Shown here: positions 23,121 through 33,420 of the stretch, piece by piece
Position numbering within the stretch: position 1 is the stretch's first letter
Layout: the number at the start of each line of letters is the position of its first letter
Assembly (NCBI GenBank): GCA_963828495.1
Contig: CAWHFJ010000011.1
Location: 32,623 to 96,622 of the forward strand
DNA from: Candidatus Omnitrophota bacterium
Lineage (GTDB): Bacteria > Omnitrophota > Gorgyraeia > Zapsychrales > Fredricksoniimonadaceae
DNA length: 64,000 nt
Direction of reading: 5' to 3'
Notes under the pieces: model-generated
Seen by the model: only the letters and a program-made list of their open reading frames with translations
What the model was told of the DNA's origin: nothing
Databases searched by the model: none
Translations under genes and position numbers: made by a program

Positions 23121-23687
23121 TTACATAAAAGTATTTTCGACTAACTCACAAATAGAATGGCATATAACCAGATGAGATTCTTGAATGCGGGCGGTTTTGG
23201 AAGATGCGGCAATGACGGCGATATCACACAAACCGGCTAATTGACCTCCACTGCCGCCGGTCACGCCAATGGTGGTCATACCGATCGCTTTTGCCTGTTT
23301 GACGGCTTCTAACACATTTTTGGAGTTCCCACTGGTAGAAATGGCCATCAAAACATCCCCCGCCTGCCCCAACGCTTGCAATTGGCGGGAAAAAACAATA
23401 TCAAAAGTATAATCATTCCCTATGGCCGTCAACGCTGAGGTGTCCGTTGTCAAAGCTATAGCCGGCAAAGCCCGACGTTCTTTTTGAAAACGGCCGACAA
23501 ATTCCGCGGCGATATGCTGACAATCCGCGGCAGAGCCGCCATTACCGCACAAAAATAATCTGTGCCCGCCCTTAAAAGCCTTGATGATGGACTCAGCGGC
23601 ACTGATTATCTGCGGCAGATTCTTTTTTAAAGTGGCCTGTTGGCCTTCTATGGATTCTGCAAAAATTTGTTCAACTATTTTATTCAT
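23121..23687 (-). CDS. gmhA: Phosphoheptose isomerase (SIS domain)
   Basis: LCGNGGSAADCQHIAAEF, ISTSGNSKNV. The start is taken at MNKIVEQ. Confidence 0.85.
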   Translation of the reverse strand: MNKIVEQIFAESIEGQQATLKKNLPQIISAAESIIKAFKGGHRLFLCGNGGSAADCQHIAAEFVGRFQKERRALPAIALTTDTSALTAIGNDYTFDIVFSRQLQALGQAGDVLMAISTSGNSKNVLEAVKQAKAIGMTTIGVTGGSGGQLAGLCDIAVIAASSKTARIQESHLVICHSICELVENTFM

Positions 23688-23691
23688 AGGG

Positions 23692-24726
23692 CTACCTGGA
23701 CGCAAAAACATTAGCAATGTCTACTAAATCCATATTCACCAGCTTACGCTGGGACACGGCTTCTTCCATATCCACATAACGGATTTTATTTTCCCGCAGG
23801 CTCACCATTTTCCCAAATTTATGTTCTTTGACGAGCTCCACCGCTTTAACTCCAAAACGTGTCCCCAGGACACGGTCAAACGCCGTCGGAGACCCTCCGC
23901 GTAAAATATAACCCAGAACGCTCACCCGCGTTTCATAACTGGTATTATCTTCAATGGCCTTGGCCAAAAATTCGCCGACACTGCCGAAACGGCGTTTCTC
24001 CATAAGCGGTGTCGGAGTAGTGGTTGAACGCGACAGGTATCCTTCAATTTTAGTGCCTTCAGAAATGACAATAATACTAAACGGTCTGCCGCGCTTATGC
24101 CTCTCATGCAACAACTCATAAACTTCTTCCAGGTTCACCGCAATTTCAGGGATCAAAATAATATCAGCCCCGCCGGCAATACCGGCCTGCACGGCCAGCC
24201 AGCCGGTATACAACCCCATCACTTCAACGACCATGATGCGATGATGGGACTCAGCAGTGGTATGCAAACGGTCAATACATTCGGTGGCGACATTAACAGC
24301 CGTATCAAAACCAAACGCATAATCCGTGCCTGACAACGCATTATCAATGGACTTAGGCACACCCACAGCCTGAATAATCCCTTTTTTATGCAGACTCAAG
24401 GCCGCTTTAAGAGTGTCTTCACCGCCAACGACAATCAGCGCATCCATGCCGCTTCTGGCATAATTATCCTTAATTTTTTTGACCTGCTCTTCATCTTCCA
24501 AAGGGTTAACGCGGCTGGTCCCCAAAATAGTACCACCTTTATCCAAAATTCCGGACGTGGACTTAACATCCAGGACGCGCATATCATTTTCGATGAGACC
24601 CAGCCACCCATTCTTGATCCCGGTGACCACATAGCCTTCCTGCATACCTTTACGCACCACCGCACGTATGACCGAATTAAGCCCCGGACAATCGGCCCCG
24701 CCTGTCATTACGCCAATCTTCCTCAT
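23692..24726 (-). CDS. pfkA: 6-phosphofructokinase
   Basis: IGVMTGGADCPGLN, VVGGEDT, PKSIDNA, MGLYTGWLA. Confidence 0.9.
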   Translation of the reverse strand: MRKIGVMTGGADCPGLNSVIRAVVRKGMQEGYVVTGIKNGWLGLIENDMRVLDVKSTSGILDKGGTILGTSRVNPLEDEEQVKKIKDNYARSGMDALIVVGGEDTLKAALSLHKKGIIQAVGVPKSIDNALSGTDYAFGFDTAVNVATECIDRLHTTAESHHRIMVVEVMGLYTGWLAVQAGIAGGADIILIPEIAVNLEEVYELLHERHKRGRPFSIIVISEGTKIEGYLSRSTTTPTPLMEKRRFGSVGEFLAKAIEDNTSYETRVSVLGYILRGGSPTAFDRVLGTRFGVKAVELVKEHKFGKMVSLRENKIRYVDMEEAVSQRKLVNMDLVDIANVFASR

Positions 24727-24777
24727 AAAATATGACCTTTCAAAATTATTCCAGAGAGATAACGTTCCCTCAAGGAA

Positions 24778-25377
24778 TTAAGACCAATAACCATGAAAAG
24801 GGACCCGGGGCGGAGTCTGAAATCCATCTTTATGCCTGGATTTGATATCTTCCAGTGAAATCTTGGTCACATGCACACGAATATTGATTTTACCCTCCAT
24901 GCCCACGGCTTCTTCTATTTTCCCACGGACCAAATCCTGAAAACGAGCAGTCAGCTCAGGGATATTGGTCTCATAACGCAACACTAATTTAATATCTACT
25001 TCCAGGCCCTTCCTGGTGACAATCATAACGGGGCGAATTTCTTTGACCTCCGGCATCTGGACTATCAAACGTTTGATCAAATCCTCAAGAGCGCTTAGCG
25101 ACACGGTGACCCCGCCCGCGGGGTTGTCAAAAGCAATGGTACGCTCCATCTGGCGACGTCCGTAAATAAGTCTGGCCAAGAGAAAGCTCATAAACATGAT
25201 AACTCCCGCGCAAATCCCGGCAATAGCCCCGCTGTGACTATCATTATAAATCACCATCAGCAGTTTCTGGATGCTCTGTAAATCAAGCACATGCGCCACA
25301 AACAGCATCACGATAATGCTTACCGTCCAGATAATGGAAATATAAAATATAAGAGCCACACGGGTCAGCAACCACAT
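24778..25377 (-). CDS. Alkaline shock response membrane anchor protein (AmaP-like)
   Basis: Two N-terminal TM helices followed by an Asp23-like soluble part. It lies directly downstream of the Asp23 gene. Confidence 0.55.
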   Translation of the reverse strand: MWLLTRVALIFYISIIWTVSIIVMLFVAHVLDLQSIQKLLMVIYNDSHSGAIAGICAGVIMFMSFLLARLIYGRRQMERTIAFDNPAGGVTVSLSALEDLIKRLIVQMPEVKEIRPVMIVTRKGLEVDIKLVLRYETNIPELTARFQDLVRGKIEEAVGMEGKINIRVHVTKISLEDIKSRHKDGFQTPPRVPFHGYWS

Positions 25378-25401
25378 CAGAAACTCCTTCCATAAATATG
25401 C

Positions 25402-25776
25402 TTATGAGGGATTCGGCCTTTCAATCGCCTGAATATTGACATTGATCTCTTTTAAATTAATATCGACGGCATCTTCCACGGCGCGCTGAATCACATCTTG
25501 GATTTGACGGGCGACTAACGGCACATTGATGCCATAATTAATTATAACACGGATTTTCAGGGACACTTGGGCTTCTTTATCAACACTGACACTGACAGCG
25601 GGATAATTTTTGTAACCGAAAACTTCGGCGATGGTGCCGATGATGCCGAAAGTAGCCAATTGGACACCGGGAATGTCTTTCAGGGATGCGGCCGCGATGT
25701 CGCCGATGACTTTTTTATGAATCTGCACGACCCCCAAATCAACGGTATTGTCCTGATACATAGCCCCCCTACTCAT
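25402..25776 (-). CDS. Asp23/Gls24 family envelope stress protein
   Basis: [25 protein letters not shown]...[23 protein letters not shown]. Confidence 0.85.
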   Translation of the reverse strand: MSRGAMYQDNTVDLGVVQIHKKVIGDIAAASLKDIPGVQLATFGIIGTIAEVFGYKNYPAVSVSVDKEAQVSLKIRVIINYGINVPLVARQIQDVIQRAVEDAVDINLKEINVNIQAIERPNPS

Positions 25777-27115
25777 TTTTCATCATTTTCTCTAAGAAGT
25801 GCGTTGTGGCTTTGCCTTCCATAAAAGTGGGATGGTGAAGGATCTCCATATGTAACCCCACCGTGGTCTTGGTCGGAGCAATATAAAATTCATCCAAAGC
25901 CCGTCGCATGATACGTACCGCTTCACTACGATCACGCCCATGGACAATGATTTTGGCGATCATAGAATCATAATGCGGAGAGATCATATACCCCGGATAA
26001 ATATGCGTGTCTATGCGCACCCCCGGTCCGCCGGGCAAATTTAATTCTAACACTTTACCGGGACTGGGGATAAAATTATTATACGGGTCTTCCGCGTTGA
26101 TGCGGCACTCGATGGAAACCCCCTGGAATTTAACATCTTCCTGTTTTATTTTCAGTTTCTGGCCCATGGCGACTTTAATCTGTTCTTTAACCAAATCAAG
26201 CCCCGTGACCATTTCCGTGACCGGATGTTCGACCTGGATACGGGTGTTCATTTCCATAAAATAAAAATTATTGTGAGAGTCCAGTAAAAATTCGATGGTC
26301 CCCACCCCATGATAATTAACAGCACGCGCCACCTTGACCGAAGCCTCGCCCATTTTCTTGCGCAAAGCCGCATCCAGCGCAGGAGAAGGAGATTCTTCCA
26401 GTAATTTCTGATGACGCCTTTGCACAGAACAGTCCCGCTCGCCTAAATGGACCACATTCCCGTGTTCATCCGCCAAAATTTGAAACTCCACATGGCGCGG
26501 GCCCTCGAGATACTTCTCTATATAAACATCCCCAAGACCGAAATTAGCTTCTGCCTCGGTCTGGGCCATTTTAAATGAATTGATCAAGGTCACATCATTA
26601 TGACAGACGCGCATGCCCTTGCCGCCGCCGCCGGCCACAGCTTTGATAATCACAGGATATTTAACCTTCTGGGCGACACTCAACGCTTCTTCCTGAGTTT
26701 TGATAACGCCGCTGCTGCCCGGGGTCAACGGCACACCTATCTTCTTGACTGTTTCTTTGGCGACAATTTTGTCACCCATTTTACGTATACTTTCTGGACT
26801 AGGACCGATAAATTTAATATGACAGGATTCACAAACTTCAGCGAAATGCGCGTTTTCCGACAAGAAACCGTAACCGGGATGGATGGCCGATACATCGGTG
26901 ATTTCAGCGGCCGAGACAATGGCAGGGATATTAAGATAGCTTTCCTTACTGGAGGCCTTACCGATACACACCGCTTCATCCGCAAAACGCACATGCAAAG
27001 AATTGCGATCTGCTTCGGAATAAACCGCAACCGTGCGTATGCCCATTTCTTTGCAGGCACGGATCACCCGCAAGGCAATTTCACCACGGTTGGCAATCAA
27101 GATTTTGGAAAACAT
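25769..27115 (-). CDS. accC: Acetyl-CoA carboxylase biotin carboxylase subunit
   Basis: [44 protein letters not shown]. Confidence 0.95.
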   Translation of the reverse strand: MFSKILIANRGEIALRVIRACKEMGIRTVAVYSEADRNSLHVRFADEAVCIGKASSKESYLNIPAIVSAAEITDVSAIHPGYGFLSENAHFAEVCESCHIKFIGPSPESIRKMGDKIVAKETVKKIGVPLTPGSSGVIKTQEEALSVAQKVKYPVIIKAVAGGGGKGMRVCHNDVTLINSFKMAQTEAEANFGLGDVYIEKYLEGPRHVEFQILADEHGNVVHLGERDCSVQRRHQKLLEESPSPALDAALRKKMGEASVKVARAVNYHGVGTIEFLLDSHNNFYFMEMNTRIQVEHPVTEMVTGLDLVKEQIKVAMGQKLKIKQEDVKFQGVSIECRINAEDPYNNFIPSPGKVLELNLPGGPGVRIDTHIYPGYMISPHYDSMIAKIIVHGRDRSEAVRIMRRALDEFYIAPTKTTVGLHMEILHHPTFMEGKATTHFLEKMMKNE

Positions 27116-27122
27116 GTCATCC

Positions 27123-27587
27123 CTATAGAGGATCCACTACAAAGAGGGTCTGTCCGAATTCCACCGGCTCAGCGTTCTGCACAGCGACTTCTACAATTTT
27201 ACCGCGGACTTCGGATTTGATCTCATTCATCAACTTCATGGCTTCCACAATACAAACCACCTGCCCTATTTCAACAATTTGGCCGACCTCGACAAAGGCT
27301 GCGGCTTCCGGTGAAGGCGCTCGATAGAACGTACCCACCATCGGGGACTTGATATCTTTGTTGTCTTTGGATGCATCAACAACGCCGGACGTGACCGGAA
27401 GAACAGCGCTTGCCGGCGCTTGGGGTGCAGGAAGGGATTCTACGGCATAATGGGTTGGCCCACCAACGACAACGCCATCCGCAGATTTTTTAAGCTTAAG
27501 TTTGAGCCCCTCACGTTCAATCTCGATTTCATTGAGATTATTTTCATTCATCAGGGCAATGATTTCTTTAATCTCTTTTAAATTCAT
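27123..27587 (-). CDS. accB: Biotin carboxyl carrier protein
   Basis: The C-terminus carries the biotinyl-Lys motif [10 protein letters not shown]. Confidence 0.9.
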   Translation of the reverse strand: MNLKEIKEIIALMNENNLNEIEIEREGLKLKLKKSADGVVVGGPTHYAVESLPAPQAPASAVLPVTSGVVDASKDNKDIKSPMVGTFYRAPSPEAAAFVEVGQIVEIGQVVCIVEAMKLMNEIKSEVRGKIVEVAVQNAEPVEFGQTLFVVDPL

Positions 27588-28150
27588 TTTTTGACCCTTT
27601 CGACGTAAATCCCGGTTCTGGTATCTACTTTAATGGTCTCGCCCTGTTGGATAAATAAAGGGACCTGAATAGAGGCCCCGGTATCAATTTTCGCCGGCTT
27701 ATACCCCGCCCGGGAAGAATCCCCTTTTAATCCAGGGTCGGCTTCTGTTACACTCGCCATGATAAAATTAGGGACTTCCGCCTTGACGACTTGATTATTA
27801 TACAAAATAGTTTCAACTTCCATATTATCCTGCAAATATTTAAAACCGTCACCTAATAATTGTTTGGTGATGACTGTGTCTTCAAAGCTGGTTTGGTCCA
27901 TAAAATGATATTCATCACCCACCGCGTAAGTAAATTGCATGCGGCGGCGCTCAAGATCCGCCTCTTCAAGTGTCTCTGCTGTACGGTAGGTACGTTCCAA
28001 AACAGCCTCAGTACGAATATTTTTAAGACGCACACGTACAAAGGCTGAGCCTTTTCCAGGTTTGACATGGTTAAGCTCTGTCACAAAAAAAAGCTGACCA
28101 TCAACAACTAACCCCATTCCAGTTTCAAGTTCATTAATTGTAATAGCCAC
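27584..28150 (-). CDS. efp: Elongation factor P
   Basis: VKPGKGSAFVRVRLKN, KGDSSRAGYKPAKIDTGASIQVPLFI. Confidence 0.95.
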   Translation of the reverse strand: MAITINELETGMGLVVDGQLFFVTELNHVKPGKGSAFVRVRLKNIRTEAVLERTYRTAETLEEADLERRRMQFTYAVGDEYHFMDQTSFEDTVITKQLLGDGFKYLQDNMEVETILYNNQVVKAEVPNFIMASVTEADPGLKGDSSRAGYKPAKIDTGASIQVPLFIQQGETIKVDTRTGIYVERVKK

Positions 28151-29189
28151 TTAACACCTCACATCCTTCCTGAGTTACTAAAACCATATCTTCCACCCTG
28201 ATGCCAAATTGATTAGGGATATATACACCGGGCTCAACGGTGATTACCATCCCCGCCTCTAAAATACTGGTGCTGCTGCAGGAAAGCCGGGGAGATTCAT
28301 GGATGTCCAATCCTACCCCATGACCTAAAGAATGACTAAAATATTTTGCTAACCCGAACTTGCGCAAAACCTTACGTGCTTGCGCATCCACTTGAGCTGT
28401 GGTAATACCGGGCTTAATAAGACTAATCGCTTCCCGTTGCGCCCGTGTGACTGCATCAAATACCCGAGAAACACGAGGCGCTATTCTACCCAAAAAGAAA
28501 TTGCGTGTCAAGTCAGACTTATAACCGTTAATGTCAATACCGAAGTCCAATAAAACCGACTCATTGTTACGGATCATACGGTCGCTGACACGAGCGTGAG
28601 GATGACAGGAATTAGGACCGGAAGCAATAATGGGATTGAAAGAAACCTCGGCTCCATGAGACTTTACAAACCGCTCCAATCGTAAAGCCACCTGACGCTC
28701 CGTTACCCCAGGTTTCACCACTTTCTTTATAAAATCAATGGCCTTAAAATGCAGTTTTAAACAGGTTTTTATTTGGGTAATTTCTCCATCATCTTTAATT
28801 TCCCGCAAATTTTCTACAAGACCTGTGACACCAACCAGCTTGGAACGTCTGGGACAAAATTCCTTAAGTTTTTTCCACACAGCAAAACTGGTATGCCGCT
28901 CATCAAAACCTAAACGTTTGATTTTACATCGCTTGCAAAGCTCATTGAGTATCGCGTAGGGTGTTTGGCCATACTGTTTAATACTAATGCCATGCAGCCC
29001 CTGGCGAGCTTCCAGAATATAGCGGGAATCGGTCATATAGAAAGCTTTAAGTTTGGTAACTAAAAGCCAGGACTCCACAGCCGGAAACTGGGTCAAATAG
29101 CGGATATTGCTCTCATTAACAATTAACAAGGCGTCAATATTCTTATGGCGGGAAAAATCTTCGACTAACTTTTTTAAACGTGGGTTCAT
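28134..29189 (-). CDS. Xaa-Pro aminopeptidase (M24 family)
   Basis: DFGIDINGYKSDLTRNF, HSLGHGVGLDIHE, VEPGVYIPNQFGIRVED. The start is taken at MNPRLKK (29189). Confidence 0.85.
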   Translation of the reverse strand: MNPRLKKLVEDFSRHKNIDALLIVNESNIRYLTQFPAVESWLLVTKLKAFYMTDSRYILEARQGLHGISIKQYGQTPYAILNELCKRCKIKRLGFDERHTSFAVWKKLKEFCPRRSKLVGVTGLVENLREIKDDGEITQIKTCLKLHFKAIDFIKKVVKPGVTERQVALRLERFVKSHGAEVSFNPIIASGPNSCHPHARVSDRMIRNNESVLLDFGIDINGYKSDLTRNFFLGRIAPRVSRVFDAVTRAQREAISLIKPGITTAQVDAQARKVLRKFGLAKYFSHSLGHGVGLDIHESPRLSCSSTSILEAGMVITVEPGVYIPNQFGIRVEDMVLVTQEGCEVLSGYYN

Positions 29190-29194
29190 TAAGC

Positions 29195-29356
29195 TTATGT
29201 CTTCTCTACCAAAAGCACCGGAATGCCGTCTACTATTGGGTAGATATGTCGACAGCGTGTGCAAATTAGGGAATTCGCCTTTTCGTCCTTTTGGAGCTCA
29301 ACGGACCCTTGACAGGCAGGGCATGCCAGCAGAGCCAATAATTCTTCATCCATCAT
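29195..29356 (-). CDS. Trm112/YcaR-family small zinc-ribbon protein (53 aa, missing from the ORF track)
   Basis: Own translation: MMDEELLALLACPACQGSVELQKDEKANSLICTRCRHIYPIVDGIPVLLVEKT*. The CPxC...CxxC...Y.I.dGIPvLL pattern matches the family. Its ATG overlaps the upstream stop as ATGA. Confidence 0.75.
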   Translation of the reverse strand: MMDEELLALLACPACQGSVELQKDEKANSLICTRCRHIYPIVDGIPVLLVEKT

Positions 29357-29730
29357 TTAGACAGGTCCACATAGCGTAATTGTAATTCATAAATGGAGCC
29401 ATTGAGCAAATCATCTTCTTCCTTAGACAAGTTGCCCTTGGTTTTATCCCGTAAAATAATAAGCGTATCGATCAAGAATTTGGCCTGCTTGAGATTCTTT
29501 TCCACCTTATTGGTGATGGGATTAGGCATCTCGCCTAAAAAAATCATGGCCTGAAACCCAAGGCTGGCGATGTAATTAAAAAAATCCAGTTGCGGCTCTC
29601 CCCCGGCACTCGTCGTCTCTGCAGGGCCCTCTGGAGGGGTCTTAGGAGAAGACGCCAACGGCTGTCCGTCCGGGCCCAAAAGCCCGCTGTCCTTCTCAAC
29701 ATCATCGCCAAAACGATTATGCAAATCCAT
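29353..29730 (-). CDS. DUF1844 domain protein
   Basis: FFNYIASLGFQAMIFLGEMPNPITNKVEKNLKQAKFLIDTLIILRDKTKGNLSKEE. Confidence 0.7.
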   Translation of the reverse strand: MDLHNRFGDDVEKDSGLLGPDGQPLASSPKTPPEGPAETTSAGGEPQLDFFNYIASLGFQAMIFLGEMPNPITNKVEKNLKQAKFLIDTLIILRDKTKGNLSKEEDDLLNGSIYELQLRYVDLSK

Positions 29731-29848
29731 ATGTCACCCTTCCTTAAATTATTGCTTTTTAAATAAAGTGCATTACATTATCATCGGATTTTAAAAAAGT
29801 CAACTTTTGAGTAATAGGAAGCCCAGTCCACCCAGCAAGTCTCAGGGC

Positions 29849-30523
29849 CTATTCGCTGACTTGATACTCAATCTCGATATTGAACGTATACTCGGGAAGG
29901 GTCATCCCTTTGAAAAAACTTGAAAATGGACTGGCTTCCCGAAGACTGCGCAGGGAAATCTCCTGCAGATGGCTGGAAGCATCGGTTTTCTCCGGTATGA
30001 TTTTTGCAACTACGAGAACCCCGCGATTATCCAGTATGAACGTCAAATACACCGATCCTCGCTCTATCTTATCATAATTCTGATAAACTTTTTCTTTGAT
30101 GCGGCTGCGGACCATTTCACTATAAGCGGCATAGACGGGATTATTGATTTTTTCTGATTCAATGGGTGCAATAGAAATCCTACGGCTCAACTGCAGGGAG
30201 CTGTGACGTTCTGATTTACGTTCATACAGCATCCCGAACGGCAGCATTTGTTTTTCCTTGACTAAACTGATAGGTATAGTGCCATCGGCGGAAAAAAGCC
30301 TTGGATTATTACTTAAATCCAACTGCTGGGCCGGCCGGATCGGATATTCCCGGATATCAACAGCTCTATGATGATGAAAGGACTTGTAGCTGATTTCAAC
30401 ATGATTGGGGCCCATGGCCTTATAATGAAGGTCCTTCGCCTTCAACAAATACGTGCCCCACAAAATAGAAGTGTGGATGGTCAGAGAAAGAAGTAACGCC
30501 CCCCAAAAGAAATTTTCAGACAT
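29849..30523 (-). CDS. Membrane-anchored protein with a TonB C-terminal-like domain
   Basis: N-terminal TM helix. The C-terminus is YSEMVRSRIKEKV...GSVYLTFILDNRGVLVVAKII...LPEYTFNIEIEYQ. Confidence 0.45.
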   Translation of the reverse strand: MSENFFWGALLLSLTIHTSILWGTYLLKAKDLHYKAMGPNHVEISYKSFHHHRAVDIREYPIRPAQQLDLSNNPRLFSADGTIPISLVKEKQMLPFGMLYERKSERHSSLQLSRRISIAPIESEKINNPVYAAYSEMVRSRIKEKVYQNYDKIERGSVYLTFILDNRGVLVVAKIIPEKTDASSHLQEISLRSLREASPFSSFFKGMTLPEYTFNIEIEYQVSE

Positions 30524-31187
30524 TTTTTTTCAATAACTCACGAGAAAAGTAAGCGAGAAAACGAAAAGTATCGCGTACCGGTCTAATTTTACTAACCTCC
30601 CCATTATAAATGGACTGTACGCCGACCGAAGCCACTTTAAAACCTTTTTTGCTGGCTTTAACCAACACCTCCGTCTCGATTTCGAAATCGGAACACTCCA
30701 GGGTCATCGCTTGGAGGACCTGGGTTTTGATTAAACGAAAACCACATTGGGTATCCGGAATAGGCTGATGACAAACCAAAGAAATGAACCAAGACATAAA
30801 ACTATTCGTCAGCCAACGCACCAACGGCATGCCCCGGGGGTTCTGCATACGGTTGCCGCAAATAATATCAGCCCCCGTGGTTTTATAACAGTCCACGAAT
30901 GCCGGGATATCCGCCGGCGAGTGCTGACCGTCACCGTCCATGGCGATCAAAGCGTCGTAGGCATTCTTTAACACATATTCAAACCCGATTCTTAATGCAT
31001 GCCCCTTACCGCTTTTACTTGCGGTCTTTAAAACCACAGCCCCTGCTTGAGAGGCGAGGGTACCGGTCGTGTCCATGGACCCGTCATCAATGACCAGACA
31101 ATCATAATCTAAAGCGCGAATGGCCGCAACCAAGGGGCCTATGTTCTGAGCTTCGTTATGCGCGGGGATGACAATGGCGATCTTCAT
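30516..31187 (-). CDS. Family 2 glycosyltransferase
   Basis: IVIPAHNEAQNI, VIDDGSMDTT, MDGDGQH. Confidence 0.85.
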   Translation of the reverse strand: MKIAIVIPAHNEAQNIGPLVAAIRALDYDCLVIDDGSMDTTGTLASQAGAVVLKTASKSGKGHALRIGFEYVLKNAYDALIAMDGDGQHSPADIPAFVDCYKTTGADIICGNRMQNPRGMPLVRWLTNSFMSWFISLVCHQPIPDTQCGFRLIKTQVLQAMTLECSDFEIETEVLVKASKKGFKVASVGVQSIYNGEVSKIRPVRDTFRFLAYFSRELLKKNV

Positions 31188-32046
31188 GAGTGTTCTAACT
31201 CCTTAAATATAAGCCACTGAGACGGATTTTTTTTAATTTCGGTTTCAATGGCCTTCAGGTATTTTTGAATGTAGGGTATCATGATATCATCCGTAATTTT
31301 ACCCGCGGTAAATGGGGTGGATCAATAGGCGGATAAATATTAATTTCAAAATGATCTTGGCCCCTGCGTATAAAGAACATGGGGATAATCGGAGCTCCCA
31401 TTTTTAAAGAAAAAAAAGCAGCCCCTTTAGGAATCACCGCTTTTCGACCAAAAAAATCCATGACCACCCCGCGTTGGCCGAAATCCCTGTCCGCCAAGAT
31501 AGCGATCAGACGGTTTCTTTGAAGATGCTCAACCACACGCCGGACAGCCACATCGGTTTGAATCACCATGGCGCCAAAGGCCTCCCGTTGGGTATTAAAC
31601 AGGACATTGACCCGTGGATCTTGATGCGCCAACGCCACCACGGATAAAGGAAAACCTATCATCGGCAACACAGCCCCTCCCATTTCCCAATTGCCCAAAT
31701 GAGCGCTGACAACGATACCCCCCTTACCTTTTTGTAAAACTTCATTAAGGTATTCGATGTTTTTAATATGAACATGCTCTTGGATAAATGCCGGGGTCAA
31801 ACGTTGAGTCATGGTAAAAAACTCAAAAAGATATTCGCCGAAGTAACGAAATACCGCGCGCACATCTTGGGGGGGCACATGATCCGTATTAAGAATTATT
31901 TTCAAATTATGCTCGACGGCGCGACAGTCCCTTTTGGAAAAACAAAAATGCAAATCGCACAAGAACATAACCATCGCATGCCCCATCCTTCGAGGTAAAA
32001 TTCTCGCCAAAAACTGACCCACCCTGAAGAGATAATAATTGCTCAT
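31184..32046 (-). CDS. Lipid A biosynthesis (LpxL/HtrB-family) acyltransferase (apparent frameshift near 31315)
   Basis: ORF 31279..32046 carries HLGNWEMGG and ILADRDFG. The C-terminus continues in another frame as ...GKITDDIMIPYIQKYLKAIETEIKKNPSQWLIFKELEHS*, whose stop overlaps the GT2 start. Confidence 0.75.
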
Positions 32047-33179
32047 ATTTGATTAGATCCGTCTAAAATTAAGCGCGCGATATCTTGGGCCGCCATGGGC
32101 TTGCCGTTTTTTAAGGCGGCTTGTTTCATCGCCGCCAATTGTTTCGGATCATTTAAAAGCCATTCGATGGCGTGGGCGATATGGTGTTTATCTTCGACGC
32201 GCATAGCCACCCCTTGATTGACCAAAAATTGAGAATTACGCTCTTCCTGCCCCGGAATCGGGTCGATAATCACCATCGGTAATCCTTTGGCCAGACATTC
32301 ACTGGTGGTCATACCGCCGGGCTTGCTGACAATCAAGGTTGACACTTCCATCAGCTCGTCCACATTGCTAGCATAATCATAAAATAGTATTTTCTTGTTT
32401 GTCTGACGCTGAATTTTTTTAATCCAGTGGACCAGCTTGACATTGGTCCCGCAGATGACGATCAACTGCAAAGGTCGCCCCAGATGCACCAGAGATTTGA
32501 CCGCCTCTTTCATGGGGCCCAGCCCCTGACCTCCTCCCATAATTAGAACGGTCGGAATATCACAATCAAGCCCTAATTTTTTAGCAATCGCCTGACGGTC
32601 TAGTGGCTGGGCGAATTTGATACGGATGGGAATACCAAGGACCTTAATGCGGTCGGCCGGAATGCCCTCTTTCACATACCTGTCGTGGGCCTCCTGAGAC
32701 GGCACCACATAATAATCCACCCCTTCATGCAACCAGTACAAATGGGGCGCATAATCGGTCAATACACCGATGACTGTCATGGGAAGATGGTGGGCCTTTT
32801 TATAATCTGCGACCATGCCGCAGGGAAAAGCCTGAGTACAGACAACCACATCCGGCTTGAATTCTTCAATCAGCGGTTTTAATTTTTTGTGCGACGATTT
32901 ATGAATGGATTGCTTCCATTTTTCCGAAAGCTTGATAATTTTGGGATTGTCGTATAGGTATTCCCAAATTTTGGGGGCCCGTTTAATCACCCCCATATAG
33001 GCGGTGTTGATGATCTTTTCCATCAACGGATAAATATAGCCAAATCCGTTGATGCTTAAGACTTCACAATCGGGATTAAGAGATTTGAGGGATTTGGCGA
33101 TGGCGACCGCCCCTTGCCGATGCCCGGAAACCTGAGAGATATACATTAATAAAACACGCTTATGCTTAGTTTGAGTCAT
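32043..33179 (-). CDS. MGDG-synthase-family (GT28) diacylglycerol glycosyltransferase
   Basis: SQVSGHRQGAVAI at the N-terminus, and the GT-B C-terminal motif SKPGGMTTSECLAKGLPMVI. Confidence 0.75.
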   Translation of the reverse strand: MTQTKHKRVLLMYISQVSGHRQGAVAIAKSLKSLNPDCEVLSINGFGYIYPLMEKIINTAYMGVIKRAPKIWEYLYDNPKIIKLSEKWKQSIHKSSHKKLKPLIEEFKPDVVVCTQAFPCGMVADYKKAHHLPMTVIGVLTDYAPHLYWLHEGVDYYVVPSQEAHDRYVKEGIPADRIKVLGIPIRIKFAQPLDRQAIAKKLGLDCDIPTVLIMGGGQGLGPMKEAVKSLVHLGRPLQLIVICGTNVKLVHWIKKIQRQTNKKILFYDYASNVDELMEVSTLIVSKPGGMTTSECLAKGLPMVIIDPIPGQEERNSQFLVNQGVAMRVEDKHHIAHAIEWLLNDPKQLAAMKQAALKNGKPMAAQDIARLILDGSNQI

Positions 33180-33182
33180 ACC

Positions 33183-33413
33183 TTACTCAATAGTCCCCAA
33201 TACGCTGCCCACTTGAGCTTCCCGGTCTTCAGCGATGATAATGGATTTAAGCCGCCCGGCGCAAGGAGCATCAATGACAAAAGATGCTTTATCGGTGACC
33301 ACCTCACACACCTCCTGGCCTTCTTGCAGATGGTCCCCTATCTGCACATGCCAGCAGGCCACCGTGGCTTGAGTGATCCCCTCACCTAATTCAGGTAAAA
33401 CAATATTGGTCAT
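33183..33413 (-). CDS. Free-standing lipoyl/biotinyl attachment domain protein (76 aa)
   Basis: MTNIVLPELGEGITQATVACWHVQIGDHLQEGQEVCEVVTDKASFVIDAPCAGRL is the E2-type lipoyl-Lys motif (TDKA). No catalytic domain follows. Confidence 0.7.
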   Translation of the reverse strand: MTNIVLPELGEGITQATVACWHVQIGDHLQEGQEVCEVVTDKASFVIDAPCAGRLKSIIIAEDREAQVGSVLGTIE

Positions 33414-33420
33414 AGCTACA

